DNA of 64,000 nucleotides from Clostridia bacterium (GCA_017508875.1 JAFWQX010000066.1:1584-65583); one strand, 5' to 3'; shown: positions 26,580 to 36,121, counted from the first letter of the stretch. Translations and numbers: made by a program. The notes: generated by a model from the letters alone, not told the origin.

Positions 26580-27494
26580 ATGTTTTCATATAAAGGGTTG
26601 GAACAAAAACTGAAAGAGCGGGGAATTGGACGTTCTGATCTGACAAAACTGTTAGGGCTTTCTTCGCGGACGGTCGCAAAGGTAGGCAAAGGCGAGAAGC
26701 TTTCGCGCGGGGTTATGGAAAAACTTGCAGATTTCTTTGGGTGTTCTCCCGAAGAATTGTGCAGGGAGGTTTCGGACAATCCAATTCTGCAAATGCTGCG
26801 GGAAGAAAAAGAGGCGAAAATTTCCGGAGGGCTTTATCACGAGCTGCAGGTGCGTATGACCTACAACTCCAACCACATCGAAGGAAGTAGGCTCACGGAA
26901 GATCAGACACGATTGATTTTCGAAACGAACACGCTGAACGTCGGAGACGGCGTTCCGGTGGACGACATTTTGGAGACGGTGCATCATTTCCGCGCCATTG
27001 ACTACGTCATCGATTCGGCGGATCAAGTTCTTACCGAAGACATCATCAAGGAACTGCATTATATCCTCAAGCACGATACCAAGGATTCAACGCTTGATTG
27101 GTTCGCGGTAGGTGATTATAAAAAACGTCCGAACGTGGTTGGCGGTCGGGAGACGGCAAAACCGAAGGATGTACCGGTGCAGATGAAAAAGTTGCTTGAC
27201 GAATATAACGCGAAGCAGGATATAACGGTCAACGATATCATCGCTTTCCACGCCGAATTTGAAAAGATCCATCCTTTCCAGGATGGCAACGGTCGCGTCG
27301 GCAGACTTATCGCGCTGAAAGAATGTCTGCGGTTCTGTATCGTGCCGTTCCTCATCGAAGACAGCAAAAAGATGTTTTACTATAGAGGCCTGTCAGAGTG
27401 GGATAACGAAAAAGGCTGGCTCACCGACACCTGTCTTGATGGTCAGGATACATTCAGAAAATTGCTTGAAATGTTTGAAATAGAACTGGACTGA
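26580..27494 (+). CDS. Fic-family protein with N-terminal XRE-type HTH
   Basis: Fic motif HPFQDGNGRVGR; N-terminal LGLSSRTVAKVGKGEK HTH. Confidence 0.85.
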   Translation: MFSYKGLEQKLKERGIGRSDLTKLLGLSSRTVAKVGKGEKLSRGVMEKLADFFGCSPEELCREVSDNPILQMLREEKEAKISGGLYHELQVRMTYNSNHIEGSRLTEDQTRLIFETNTLNVGDGVPVDDILETVHHFRAIDYVIDSADQVLTEDIIKELHYILKHDTKDSTLDWFAVGDYKKRPNVVGGRETAKPKDVPVQMKKLLDEYNAKQDITVNDIIAFHAEFEKIHPFQDGNGRVGRLIALKECLRFCIVPFLIEDSKKMFYYRGLSEWDNEKGWLTDTCLDGQDTFRKLLEMFEIELD

Positions 27495-27789
27495 GAAGGC
27501 AATGTTTAGTCAAAAACAAAAAAGTTAAACCCAAAAACAATCAATTCTATATATTAGTAACAATTTGAAAGCAAGCAGGAAAAACAGCAACATTAGTGTT
27601 ATCAAACTTTTATGTAATGATGCAAATTATATTTTGAGGGAAAGAGCAAAAGGCCTTAGGAAACTTTAAGCGATAACGTAAATCTAAAAGAATGGCAGCC
27701 CTATGATTGAGAGCTGTCATTCTTTATTCTATCTTAGTATACTGTTTTCAAAACGTTTGGCATGGTGGTTCCTCTTATGTTTTTGTTAA

Positions 27790-27900
27790 TGATCCATGGA
27801 GGAAAAATGCGCGCAGGTGCCGTAAACACTTAGTTTTATTTGTGGTTTGGTCAAATCCGTTATCTCCACTCAGACCAAATCTTTGTAGCCACAAATCCAG
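27790..27900. repeat. Island cassette-boundary repeat, copy 2 (mini-ORF 27807-27833, hairpin 27844-27881)
   Basis: Same element; hairpin stem carries compensatory changes relative to copy 1 (tat/ata -> ttt/aaa). Confidence 0.65.
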
Positions 27901-27931
27901 TGCTTGGGTATTTGATCAAAGCCTTGAAAAC

Positions 27932-29080
27932 CTAATCCTCGTCATACGTTATTTCATAATGCAGTTGGAACGCTCCGGCAAGGTATCTGCGGCGGAGGTC
28001 GCTGTTTATCCATTCGATATTCTTTTGAAAAACGCTGCTGCCGCCGTTCCATTCGACCAGCTCGTCATGCCGCGGATCTTTCTTGTCTTGGAGAATACGG
28101 ATCAACTCTGAGAATCCTCCCGGGCCGCCGCAGTCCTCCGGTGGTGCGTCGCCTTTCAACTCCGTACATACCGGGGCGGGTAGATCAGCGTCTTCAATTA
28201 TCTCGACAAGCCGAATCTCGTGAGTCCACCCGTCGCCGAAATCATATTCGTAAGAAATGCGGTCGGTCTTAGAAAAGACCTCCTCAAGCGTGATCTCCCG
28301 CTCGTCAACGATTTCGCACCCGCGTGCGCCGTATATGTCATCATCTTCCGGAGACGGTATTCTTGCTAACTGTATCGGACGGCCACTTTTTGACCGCTTC
28401 AGGATAAACTCATGCAAGTGGTAATCTTTCCACAAAAACAAATTCTGAATGATATCGTGCAGATAGAATAGCGAAAAGTTCATAGGTACCGTAACGCATC
28501 TGAGGCAAGGCGTTTCAAGCTCAAGTGATATGTCAAAAACGCCGGCACGGGTACTGTAGAGCTTGCCATATTTTTCTTTAAGCGCACGTTCTTGCTCTTC
28601 GTAGGTTGCGTAGACGTCCTTTTTGTCGGAGGTGAACCTGAGATCATCATTGATCATAGGAAGCAGAACCGTTTGAAAACGATCGTCGGGTTCAAAACAG
28701 TTTTCGTAGCGTTCAATTCTTTGGCAGAACTTGTTTAATCTTGCAACGGAAGACCTATCGCCTGTTTTACACAAGCTTGCCGGGAAACAGCAATCGGCGA
28801 TATAGCGGTCGATCACCTCTTGGGAGATGCTTTCCGATGCGAGCATATTCCGTAATCCTGCCTCCAACAGTTCTTGCAACTTCTTTTTATCGCCTGCCGT
28901 GATCCCGTACAGCAGGAAACCGCATCCCGTCGAATCATTGGCGATCACAATGCACTTTCTGCGATTCATCACGATAAGATTTGCGGAAAAAGCAAAAAGT
29001 GGATCAATTCCTTTTGTGGCCTGTTCCGGAGATATGCCTAAATAATCAATCAGTTTTTTTGTGCATCCGATTTGTATCAT
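27932..29080 (-). CDS. pRiA4b ORF-3-like family protein (PRiA4_ORF3 domain) with N-terminal uncharacterized domain
   Basis: YEYDFGDGWTHEIRLVEI matches YxYDFGDxWxH signature; RBS AGAAAGGAAAGG. Confidence 0.65.
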   Translation of the reverse strand: MIQIGCTKKLIDYLGISPEQATKGIDPLFAFSANLIVMNRRKCIVIANDSTGCGFLLYGITAGDKKKLQELLEAGLRNMLASESISQEVIDRYIADCCFPASLCKTGDRSSVARLNKFCQRIERYENCFEPDDRFQTVLLPMINDDLRFTSDKKDVYATYEEQERALKEKYGKLYSTRAGVFDISLELETPCLRCVTVPMNFSLFYLHDIIQNLFLWKDYHLHEFILKRSKSGRPIQLARIPSPEDDDIYGARGCEIVDEREITLEEVFSKTDRISYEYDFGDGWTHEIRLVEIIEDADLPAPVCTELKGDAPPEDCGGPGGFSELIRILQDKKDPRHDELVEWNGGSSVFQKNIEWINSDLRRRYLAGAFQLHYEITYDED

Positions 29081-29118
29081 AATTGCCTTTCCTTTCTAAG
29101 ACTTAACAAAATCTCAGA

Positions 29119-30630
29119 TCAATGTTCAACTCTGTAAAACTTTTGATACTTGCTCTTAGGTTTCTCCGGTATCGTCATCGCGAGTTTGCCCGCGACGACA
29201 AGCGGTCTCAGGTATTTTGTAACAACGTAATACGGCGTTTGGATGTTCAGCATTGAGGCGATCTCTTCCTTGCTTTTCGGCTCTGTGCAAAAAGTAAGTA
29301 TCCGTTCTTCGACGGTGACGGATGGACTGCCGGGAACGATCGACGTTTCCTTTTTTGAAAACAGCGTCGCCTTGAAAATGCCTCTGTAGTTTTCAAACAG
29401 CGGCTCGGGAAGCCCGGCTTTCCTCATTGCTTCACGAATCGTCGGAATACCGGAAAAACGGTTTTCGGTATCGATCATGACTTCGAGATTGCTTGCGATA
29501 AACGGGTTTCTTGTGTCTCCCGGGACTTTTCCGAGATCGTTGATCGTCAGGCGTCCGTAAAGCCCGCCAGGATTTTCTACCACAAGTCTGTCGCGGAAAA
29601 GGATCACTCTGACAGGGGAGCCCTCGGTATGAACGCTGTAATCTCGGTGGATCAGAGCGTTCAGGATCAATTCGCGGACGGCGACGAGCGGATATTCCGG
29701 CTTATCGGTCCTGCGACCGTTTTCATCCACAACAACGGCGGTTTTTATGTTTCGCCTTACAAAGTTCATTGCGCCTTCCAGCATCTCCGGTATCGTTCCG
29801 TCAAAGCGCTTGTTGTCGATAAAGCGTTCTCCGGACGCTCCGAGGTCGCCAATCTCATATCCGTCTACGACCATAGCGGTGATACCGAGCTGGGGGAAAA
29901 ACGCTTGGGGATAATCGCCGACAAGCATCAGCCCGGCGACGGTAGGCTTGCCGTTATCCGTGAGCCCTTGAAGTTTCATGATTCTGAGATCATCCTGATT
30001 TGCGAGCTGCGGCTTTTCCGTTTTTAGCTTTGCAAAATACAAACTCAGTTTTTCGCGGCTGAGATCATCCGTTTCCGCGCGGTCCACGATTCGCAGCTCG
30101 TCGCGGATCTTCTTTTTATAGACTTCGTAACTGTAGATTTCATATTCGGTCATCGGCATATCCGCGTCGCCTACGCGAACATAAGAGCCGCGGATCCTGC
30201 CGGCTGGCTTATAGAAGCAAGGTTTATTTTCGGGCTCGCACTCCGGTATTTCGGCGCTTACGACCACTTTTCCTTCGTATTCGGCAACCGTAAAAAACGG
30301 GCGAACGACCGGTTCCATCTGCTCCGCGGCGTTTTTGACCTGGACCTGCAGATCCTGCGCGTCATATACGCCCGTAACCTCATACCCAGCCTTTTCATCA
30401 ACGCCGAAAATGATCGTACCGCCGTCATTCTGGTTGGAAAAGCTTGACAGAGTATCGTAAAGCTTTTTAGACGTGCCGCCCAACGCCTTTTTGACTTCCA
30501 CATACTGTTTTTCGCATTTCTGACGCTTCAGAGCGTCTATCAGTTCTATCAGATCTTTCTCTGTCAATGCTGTTGCTCCTTTCGTTATCACAATCTTATT
30601 ATAGTGTTTTTCAAAACGATTGTCAAACAT
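29119..30630 (-). CDS. Schlafen-like AlbA_2 DNA-binding domain + HATPase_c_4 (RecG-C-terminal-like) putative regulator
   Basis: N-terminal AlbA_2-like block (IVITKGATALTEKDLIELID..., FGVDEKAGYEVTGV), C-terminal NALIHRDYS GHKL-like motif. Confidence 0.7.
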   Translation of the reverse strand: MFDNRFEKHYNKIVITKGATALTEKDLIELIDALKRQKCEKQYVEVKKALGGTSKKLYDTLSSFSNQNDGGTIIFGVDEKAGYEVTGVYDAQDLQVQVKNAAEQMEPVVRPFFTVAEYEGKVVVSAEIPECEPENKPCFYKPAGRIRGSYVRVGDADMPMTEYEIYSYEVYKKKIRDELRIVDRAETDDLSREKLSLYFAKLKTEKPQLANQDDLRIMKLQGLTDNGKPTVAGLMLVGDYPQAFFPQLGITAMVVDGYEIGDLGASGERFIDNKRFDGTIPEMLEGAMNFVRRNIKTAVVVDENGRRTDKPEYPLVAVRELILNALIHRDYSVHTEGSPVRVILFRDRLVVENPGGLYGRLTINDLGKVPGDTRNPFIASNLEVMIDTENRFSGIPTIREAMRKAGLPEPLFENYRGIFKATLFSKKETSIVPGSPSVTVEERILTFCTEPKSKEEIASMLNIQTPYYVVTKYLRPLVVAGKLAMTIPEKPKSKYQKFYRVEH

Positions 30631-30694
30631 TTTTCAAAACAAAATCACGTTTTTCAAAACGAATTTTGATATTTTAACAATTGTGTTTTGAAAA
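30631..30694. promoter_or_regulatory. Operator-like TTTTCAAAAC decamer repeats (two direct upstream + one inside first codons + one inverted) upstream of AlbA_2/HATPase gene
   Basis: TTTTCAAAAC at 30608, 30631, 30651; GTTTTGAAAA at 30685. Confidence 0.4.
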
Positions 30695-30767
30695 ATGCGG
30701 CTTTTGTCAAATTGCGGAAGTGTTTCAGTGCCGCTTTTCGACAAAAGCCGTTGTTTTTATTGTCTTA

Positions 30768-30895
30768 TGATCCTCGGAGGAAAAATGCGTGCAGGTGCCG
30801 TAAACACTTGATTTTGTTGGGATTTGGTCAAATCCGTTATCTCCACTCAGACCATACTACCTTAGCGCTGTAAAGTGATGAATTTTTACTTTCGG
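30768..30895. repeat. Island cassette-boundary repeat, copy 3 (mini-ORF 30785-30811, weaker hairpin, conserved tail)
   Basis: Alignment with copies 1 and 2. Confidence 0.6.
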
Positions 30896-31307
30896 AGAGG
30901 TATTTAACAATCGTTATAATCGACAGAACAATGAACATTGTCAAAAACTTGTCGAAAAGTTGCGTCGTAAATGACGTAACTTTTTGATATTATGCTTTGA
31001 CGTAGGCGTACTATAATGTTATAATATCGAAAAGTAGCGTCGGCCCAGACGATATTGTGAGGTATAGATATGATAAAAAGAGATTTGTATTTGAACCGCA
31101 TCATAATTATGATGATAACGGTATTTATCATGTGAATCTTATTGATTTTCTTTTGGGAAAAGTGGAATTGTTTTGAAAACAAGCAAGTCTTGCGCGACCG
31201 TTCAAAGCGCGATCAAACGCCTGACTTAACTCTGATCGATCAAACAAAACGGGTCAAATAAAACCGGATAACGAACCAATATAAAAAATTCGGGGAGAAT
31301 AATTGAT

Positions 31308-31901
31308 ATGAAAAAGACCGAACTCGTTGAACGCTCAAAAATGTATTTGAAATTACTTATTAACGGGATACATCCTGTAACAGGGGAGCAGATCCCGACA
31401 GATTCTGCCTTATTGGGGGATAGAGTTAAAAAATGTTTTAGCTTTATCAGCGGGATCCTTGATGAATACATTGAATTAACCGGCAAAGTTGAAAAGCTCG
31501 AGAAGGAAAAGGAAGCTAATACTGTTATTGTTATGAAAAAGCAGCCATTTGCAATTTCACACGAACAATGCCAGGACATCAAGCTTTCAAAAGAACCAAT
31601 ATCGATGTACTCACTTGTGAGAAATATCAACTCAGTAATCAATACAGAATCAATGGAAAAAATGACTTCAACCGTTATCAACAAGTGGTTATTAAACAGA
31701 GGATTTATAACGGCGTCAAAAGTTCCGACAACTGTGAACAAAACTGTATTCAGCCCGTCGGAACTTGCGGCAAAAATAGGAATAAAAACCGAATCTGTTA
31801 TTAATAAGGCTACCGGCGAAATTAATCCGCAGATCAAATTCAGCGAAAGCGCTCAACTGTTTATAATTGAAAACATAGAAGAAATATCCGGATGCGTTTG
31901 A
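31308..31901 (+). CDS. Hypothetical protein (low GC, island-associated)
   Basis: ORF of 197 aa with RBS; preceded by TTGACG-17-TATAAT promoter at ~31036-31064; no recognizable motif. Confidence 0.4.
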   Translation: MKKTELVERSKMYLKLLINGIHPVTGEQIPTDSALLGDRVKKCFSFISGILDEYIELTGKVEKLEKEKEANTVIVMKKQPFAISHEQCQDIKLSKEPISMYSLVRNINSVINTESMEKMTSTVINKWLLNRGFITASKVPTTVNKTVFSPSELAAKIGIKTESVINKATGEINPQIKFSESAQLFIIENIEEISGCV

Positions 31902-31920
31902 TCACACTGAACTACTCAAC

Positions 31921-33069
31921 TTAGCCTTTCACGAGCACGGTCTTCACGTTTTTGCCCGCGAGCGCATCGCGGAAAGCACGGTTCGTCTCGGAGACCGGAT
32001 ACGTTGTCGCCAGCGACCGGATAAGGGGCTGAAGTTCCGCGTGCTCTTTCAGGAAGGCGAGGTAGTCGTGAACGTCGATCATCGAATACTGCGAAGAACC
32101 GATGATCCGGAGCGCTTTAAACGTGATCAGCTCGGGCCGGATCTCAACGCCGCCCGCGTTACTGTATTGACCGGGAACGAGATAAACGCCGCGGTTTCGC
32201 AGAACGTTGATGCCGAGCGGGACAGCGGAAGGTGAGCCTGACGCCTCAAAGCACAGATCGACGCCGAGACCGCCGTTTTCCGCCTGGAGTTTTTTCTCAA
32301 CCGCGTCCGTGCCTTCCGCCTGAAGGCTCAGCACTTCGTCAGCGCCGAGTTCGAGCGCCAGTCTGCGCTTTTCAGGATTATCCCTGCCGGTCACAGCATA
32401 CAGTTTTTTTACGCCGATCGCGTGCAGATATACGATCGCGAAGCAGCCGACGGGGCCGAGCCCCTGAACGACGGCAACGGTTTCTTTTCCGGGGACAAAA
32501 CCCGCTCTTTGGCCCAGTCTGAATGCGTGTATTGCCGTGGGCCCGGGGCAGGCGAAGACCGCAGCTGCGACGGGGTCAATTCCTTCCGGTATCCGTACGA
32601 GGTTCGCAAGAGGAGTGAAATTGACCTCCGCGTACCCGCCGAACAGGTAAGGCGAAGTGTTTATGCTGCCCTCGTTCGTGACTTTCATATTCACGCAGTT
32701 CGCGTCGTCGCCGCTGAGGCAGAGGGGACATTCACCGCACGGCACCGCAATGTCGGCAATGACGTTGTCGCCGGGCTTCAGCCCGTATTTCGCCGCTTCC
32801 TCCGGATCGCAGTCATTAAGTCTTCCTACAAATTCATGTCCTACTATCGAATCCGCCGGTGCAAACAGCGTTCCTCTTTGAAAATGCAGGTCCGTGCCGC
32901 ATACGCCGCTCGCGATCAGCTCTGATCTTCCGTAGCCTTTCGGCGCCTTTACGACCTCGAATTCCCTGATCGCGAATGGCCTTCCGGGACCCTGAAACAC
33001 CGCGCCCTTTGCGGAAGGCGCTTTGATCTTATTGCTCCCGATGCAGTTGTTTTCAATAATTTCAGTCAT
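31921..33069 (-). CDS. Zinc-dependent alcohol dehydrogenase (MDR family)
   Basis: GVCGTDLH and GHEFVG catalytic-zinc motifs, structural-zinc Cys cluster CGECPLC, Rossmann GLGPVG; start set at MTEII with RBS AAAGGA. Confidence 0.85.
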   Translation of the reverse strand: MTEIIENNCIGSNKIKAPSAKGAVFQGPGRPFAIREFEVVKAPKGYGRSELIASGVCGTDLHFQRGTLFAPADSIVGHEFVGRLNDCDPEEAAKYGLKPGDNVIADIAVPCGECPLCLSGDDANCVNMKVTNEGSINTSPYLFGGYAEVNFTPLANLVRIPEGIDPVAAAVFACPGPTAIHAFRLGQRAGFVPGKETVAVVQGLGPVGCFAIVYLHAIGVKKLYAVTGRDNPEKRRLALELGADEVLSLQAEGTDAVEKKLQAENGGLGVDLCFEASGSPSAVPLGINVLRNRGVYLVPGQYSNAGGVEIRPELITFKALRIIGSSQYSMIDVHDYLAFLKEHAELQPLIRSLATTYPVSETNRAFRDALAGKNVKTVLVKG

Positions 33070-33101
33070 TTTAGCTAATCCTTTCTGGTACGAATAGTAA
33101 A

Positions 33102-33863
33102 TCACTCGACGGTACAATCGAAATATTGTCCGTAGATATTTTTTATGCGCGAAATTTCATCCGGGCCAGGCGGAGATGTCGATGCGTATGCGTATTCTTT
33201 CCCCATTGCCGCATATTTTGCACTTCCGAGCCGGTGAAAGGGGAGCAGATCCACTGACTTCACGCCCGCGCCAAGTAATTGACCGCACATGATTTCCGCG
33301 TCGTTTTCTGACAAATTAAACCCCGGTACGAGGGGTACACGCACGCGCACGTTCTCGCCGCGCCCCGTAAGTTTGCTGATATTGTTAAGTACCGCTTCCC
33401 GGTCTCCTCCGACGATTTTTGCGTACTTTTCGCTGTCCGCAGTTTTATAATCGATAAGGAACACCTGAATGCGGCCGAGCAGCGGCACGAACCGCTCCCA
33501 CGGAACGCACGCGGCTGTGTCTATGACCGTATTAACGCGTTCTTCAGCGAGCAGATCTATAAGCCCGGAGAACTCTTCGCTCTGAAGCATCGGCTCGCCT
33601 CCGCTTAAAGTGAGACCGCCGTCGTCCCCGTAAAATTCTTTATCTTCCAGCACTTCCTCCGCTATTCTCTCGATGGGCAAAAATCTCCCGTGAACGATAA
33701 CTTTCCCTGCCTGCGCGTATACCAGGCGCTCGGGCAATGCCGAAACCGTCTCGGGGTTATGGCACCACGGACAATGCAGGTTACAGCCCTTCAGGAATAC
33801 CGTCGTGCGTATCCCCGGACCGTCACCAGTGCTGAAGTGCTGTATTTCCGATACGTTTAACAT
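33102..33863 (-). CDS. Glycyl-radical enzyme activating protein (radical SAM)
   Basis: CNLHCPWCHNPE (CxxxCxxC), DGPGIRTTVFLKGC N-terminal block; start ATG 33863 or TTG 33869. Confidence 0.85.
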   Translation of the reverse strand: MLNVSEIQHFSTGDGPGIRTTVFLKGCNLHCPWCHNPETVSALPERLVYAQAGKVIVHGRFLPIERIAEEVLEDKEFYGDDGGLTLSGGEPMLQSEEFSGLIDLLAEERVNTVIDTAACVPWERFVPLLGRIQVFLIDYKTADSEKYAKIVGGDREAVLNNISKLTGRGENVRVRVPLVPGFNLSENDAEIMCGQLLGAGVKSVDLLPFHRLGSAKYAAMGKEYAYASTSPPGPDEISRIKNIYGQYFDCTVE

Positions 33864-33895
33864 GTTCAAAATTTCTGGCGCCCTGGCGGCAATTA

Positions 33896-36121
33896 TCAGA
33901 GATCGTCGTGCTGTGTGCGGCTAAGTATGTCGAGCTGGACCTCTTTCGCGAGCGTAACGTAGAGGGCTGAGAAACCGGAGACGCGGACAACGAGGGAACG
34001 GTAGTTTTCAGGATGTTCCATCGCGTCGATCAGTATCTTGCGCGAAGTCGAATTGATCTGGACTTCCTGGCCGCCGCGGCTGAAATACACGCGGATCAGC
34101 TTAAGCAGCTTTTCACGCTTCCCGTCCGCGAAGGCGGAAGGCGCAAATTTCTGATTAACCACCGTGCCGCACGCGCAATTCGTGTAATCGGGTTTAGAGA
34201 CGCTCAAGAGCGTTGACGTCACGCCGCGTGTATCGCATCCGTACGTGGGGGAGGCGGCGTCTGAAAGCGGCTTCCCGGCGAGTCTTCCGTCCGGCGTCGC
34301 GCCCAGAGCCATACCGGCGTTGATATTAGAAGTATTGGCCGCCATAGCGGTATAAAAACCGCCGCCGTCGTACGTGTGATACTTTCTGAACTCATCGGAC
34401 AAATGCTGCGTATACCAGACGGCGTAGCGGTCAACGAAATCGTCGTTGTTCCCGTATTTCGGCGCCGCGAGGGCAAGTGCGTGAAGTTCACCGTGACCTT
34501 CGTAATTATCGCGCATTGCCTGCACGATCTCCGAAAGCTTAGCGGCGCGGTCAACGAATACTATCTTTTCTATTGCCGCGAGCGAGTCGCTGACGGTCCC
34601 GACGCCCATAAGCGCCGCGCCGTGTATAGACGGATATTTCGAGCCGCCGTTGTTTATATCCTTGCCGCGCTCGATGCAGAACTGGGCGAAAAGCGACAGG
34701 AAGGAGCTGTTATAGTTTTCCGGATCAGGCACCGACATATAGCGGTTAGCGGTATCGACGTAATCTTTTACGGCCTTATCGAGCAGCAACGTATAGATCT
34801 TCATAAAATCTTCCATTGACTGAATGTCGTCAGGGCTGCTGAGTCTTCCGCCCTGTGCATCGCTTTTCACGCCGCATTCCGCAGCCGCACTCTGCAGCGT
34901 CTCACGGTCCAGAAGCATTTTTTCAAGGTAATTTATCGGGTCGAAACGCCCGTCGTTCCACGGCGGCTGCTGGCCGGGCAGGAAGTTTTCGATGCATCCC
35001 ACCATGCAGTAATTGCGCACGTCTTTAAGGTCGTATCCGTACCGCAGGAGGGCGGGAATATTCGCCATATCGTTCATAAGCGCGGGGTAGCCGAGACCGG
35101 TCCCGATGACTTTAAGGCATTCGTCCAGAAATTCGTCGGGCGTGTCAGGGGCAATGCGTGCAGAAAGGTTAGGACCGGGCATGTTGACGTCGCGTACGGC
35201 GCGAAGCACACAGAAGCTGAGCTCATTGACCGCGTTGATTCCGTCGGCGTCAACGCCCCCGATGCAGATATTTACGACGTCGTCTCCACCGAGAATCCTC
35301 TTTTCACAAATCTTCGCGAACGTGTTGGCAACGAGCAGTTCGGCTTCTTCGAACGTGATATTGCCGGCGTCAATATCTTTTTTGAACAGCGGGTACAGAT
35401 ACTGGTCGATCCTTCCGAGCGCCATGGCGTAGCGGCCCTCGTACAGATAGCAGCTGTGGATCATCCATACGAGCTGGAGCCCCTGCGCGAACGTCTGAGG
35501 CGCACCTTCCAAAAGCGCCTCGCAGTTGCTTTTTATGAAATCAAGCCGTGCAACTCCCGCAGGGTCGTTATCGCATTCCGCGGCAAGTTTTTTTGCAAGC
35601 TCCCCGTGTGCCCGGATACGCTCCGAGAGCCCCTTAAGCGCCAGCTCCATACTAAGCAGAAAGTCAACAACTTCCGGATCGTCAGAATGCTGCGCTTTCG
35701 ACGCTTCTATTTTGCGTTTCAGGCCTGGAATTCCGACGGTAAGAACGGTCTCGAAATCCGAAGCAAAATGGTCGCTATGCGTAGAAAAATTTCGCTCGGG
35801 ATACATCGCGTTAAGCCTGGCGGACTCAGCCTTCTGCTCGGGCGTAAGGTCAATAAACAGCGGCCTTATGCTTCCGACGATCAGGTCGTTTTTATATATT
35901 TGAGGCCGCGGCAACGTAAACAGCGAATAGATACCGGCCGCCCGTCTTCCTGACGGCGTGTCGCGGACAATATCTTCATCTGCGCCTTTTTCTTTTCTTT
36001 CAAAATAGCCGTATCCGACCGAGCGGAACCAGTCAGGTCTGTACTCTCCTGAAGCAGGGGAAAGCATCTCCTGCTTTAGCGTCTCTAAACTGTTGTTCCC
36101 GGCAAATTCACTGATTTTCAT
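33896..36121 (-). CDS. Glycyl radical enzyme, PFL2/glycerol-dehydratase-like family (substrate unknown)
   Basis: ~740 aa; C-terminal glycine-radical motif VRVSGFSALY; active-site Cys loop region; start taken at ATG 36121 with AGGAG 10 nt upstream (GTG 36130 alternative). Confidence 0.85.
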   Translation of the reverse strand: MKISEFAGNNSLETLKQEMLSPASGEYRPDWFRSVGYGYFERKEKGADEDIVRDTPSGRRAAGIYSLFTLPRPQIYKNDLIVGSIRPLFIDLTPEQKAESARLNAMYPERNFSTHSDHFASDFETVLTVGIPGLKRKIEASKAQHSDDPEVVDFLLSMELALKGLSERIRAHGELAKKLAAECDNDPAGVARLDFIKSNCEALLEGAPQTFAQGLQLVWMIHSCYLYEGRYAMALGRIDQYLYPLFKKDIDAGNITFEEAELLVANTFAKICEKRILGGDDVVNICIGGVDADGINAVNELSFCVLRAVRDVNMPGPNLSARIAPDTPDEFLDECLKVIGTGLGYPALMNDMANIPALLRYGYDLKDVRNYCMVGCIENFLPGQQPPWNDGRFDPINYLEKMLLDRETLQSAAAECGVKSDAQGGRLSSPDDIQSMEDFMKIYTLLLDKAVKDYVDTANRYMSVPDPENYNSSFLSLFAQFCIERGKDINNGGSKYPSIHGAALMGVGTVSDSLAAIEKIVFVDRAAKLSEIVQAMRDNYEGHGELHALALAAPKYGNNDDFVDRYAVWYTQHLSDEFRKYHTYDGGGFYTAMAANTSNINAGMALGATPDGRLAGKPLSDAASPTYGCDTRGVTSTLLSVSKPDYTNCACGTVVNQKFAPSAFADGKREKLLKLIRVYFSRGGQEVQINSTSRKILIDAMEHPENYRSLVVRVSGFSALYVTLAKEVQLDILSRTQHDDL

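Noticed and set aside
30904-31182. 92-aa minus-strand ORF in the AT-rich spacer
   Set aside because: The translation is low-complexity and Ile/Asn/Lys-rich, as expected for random AT-rich DNA, and there is no RBS. The region more likely carries the TTGACG-17-TATAAT promoter for the plus-strand gene at 31308.
24100-31300. Calling the island an integron or a prophage
   Set aside because: No integrase, recombinase, attC-like sites or phage structural genes are present in the window. Only the tRNA-linked repeat architecture supports mobility.
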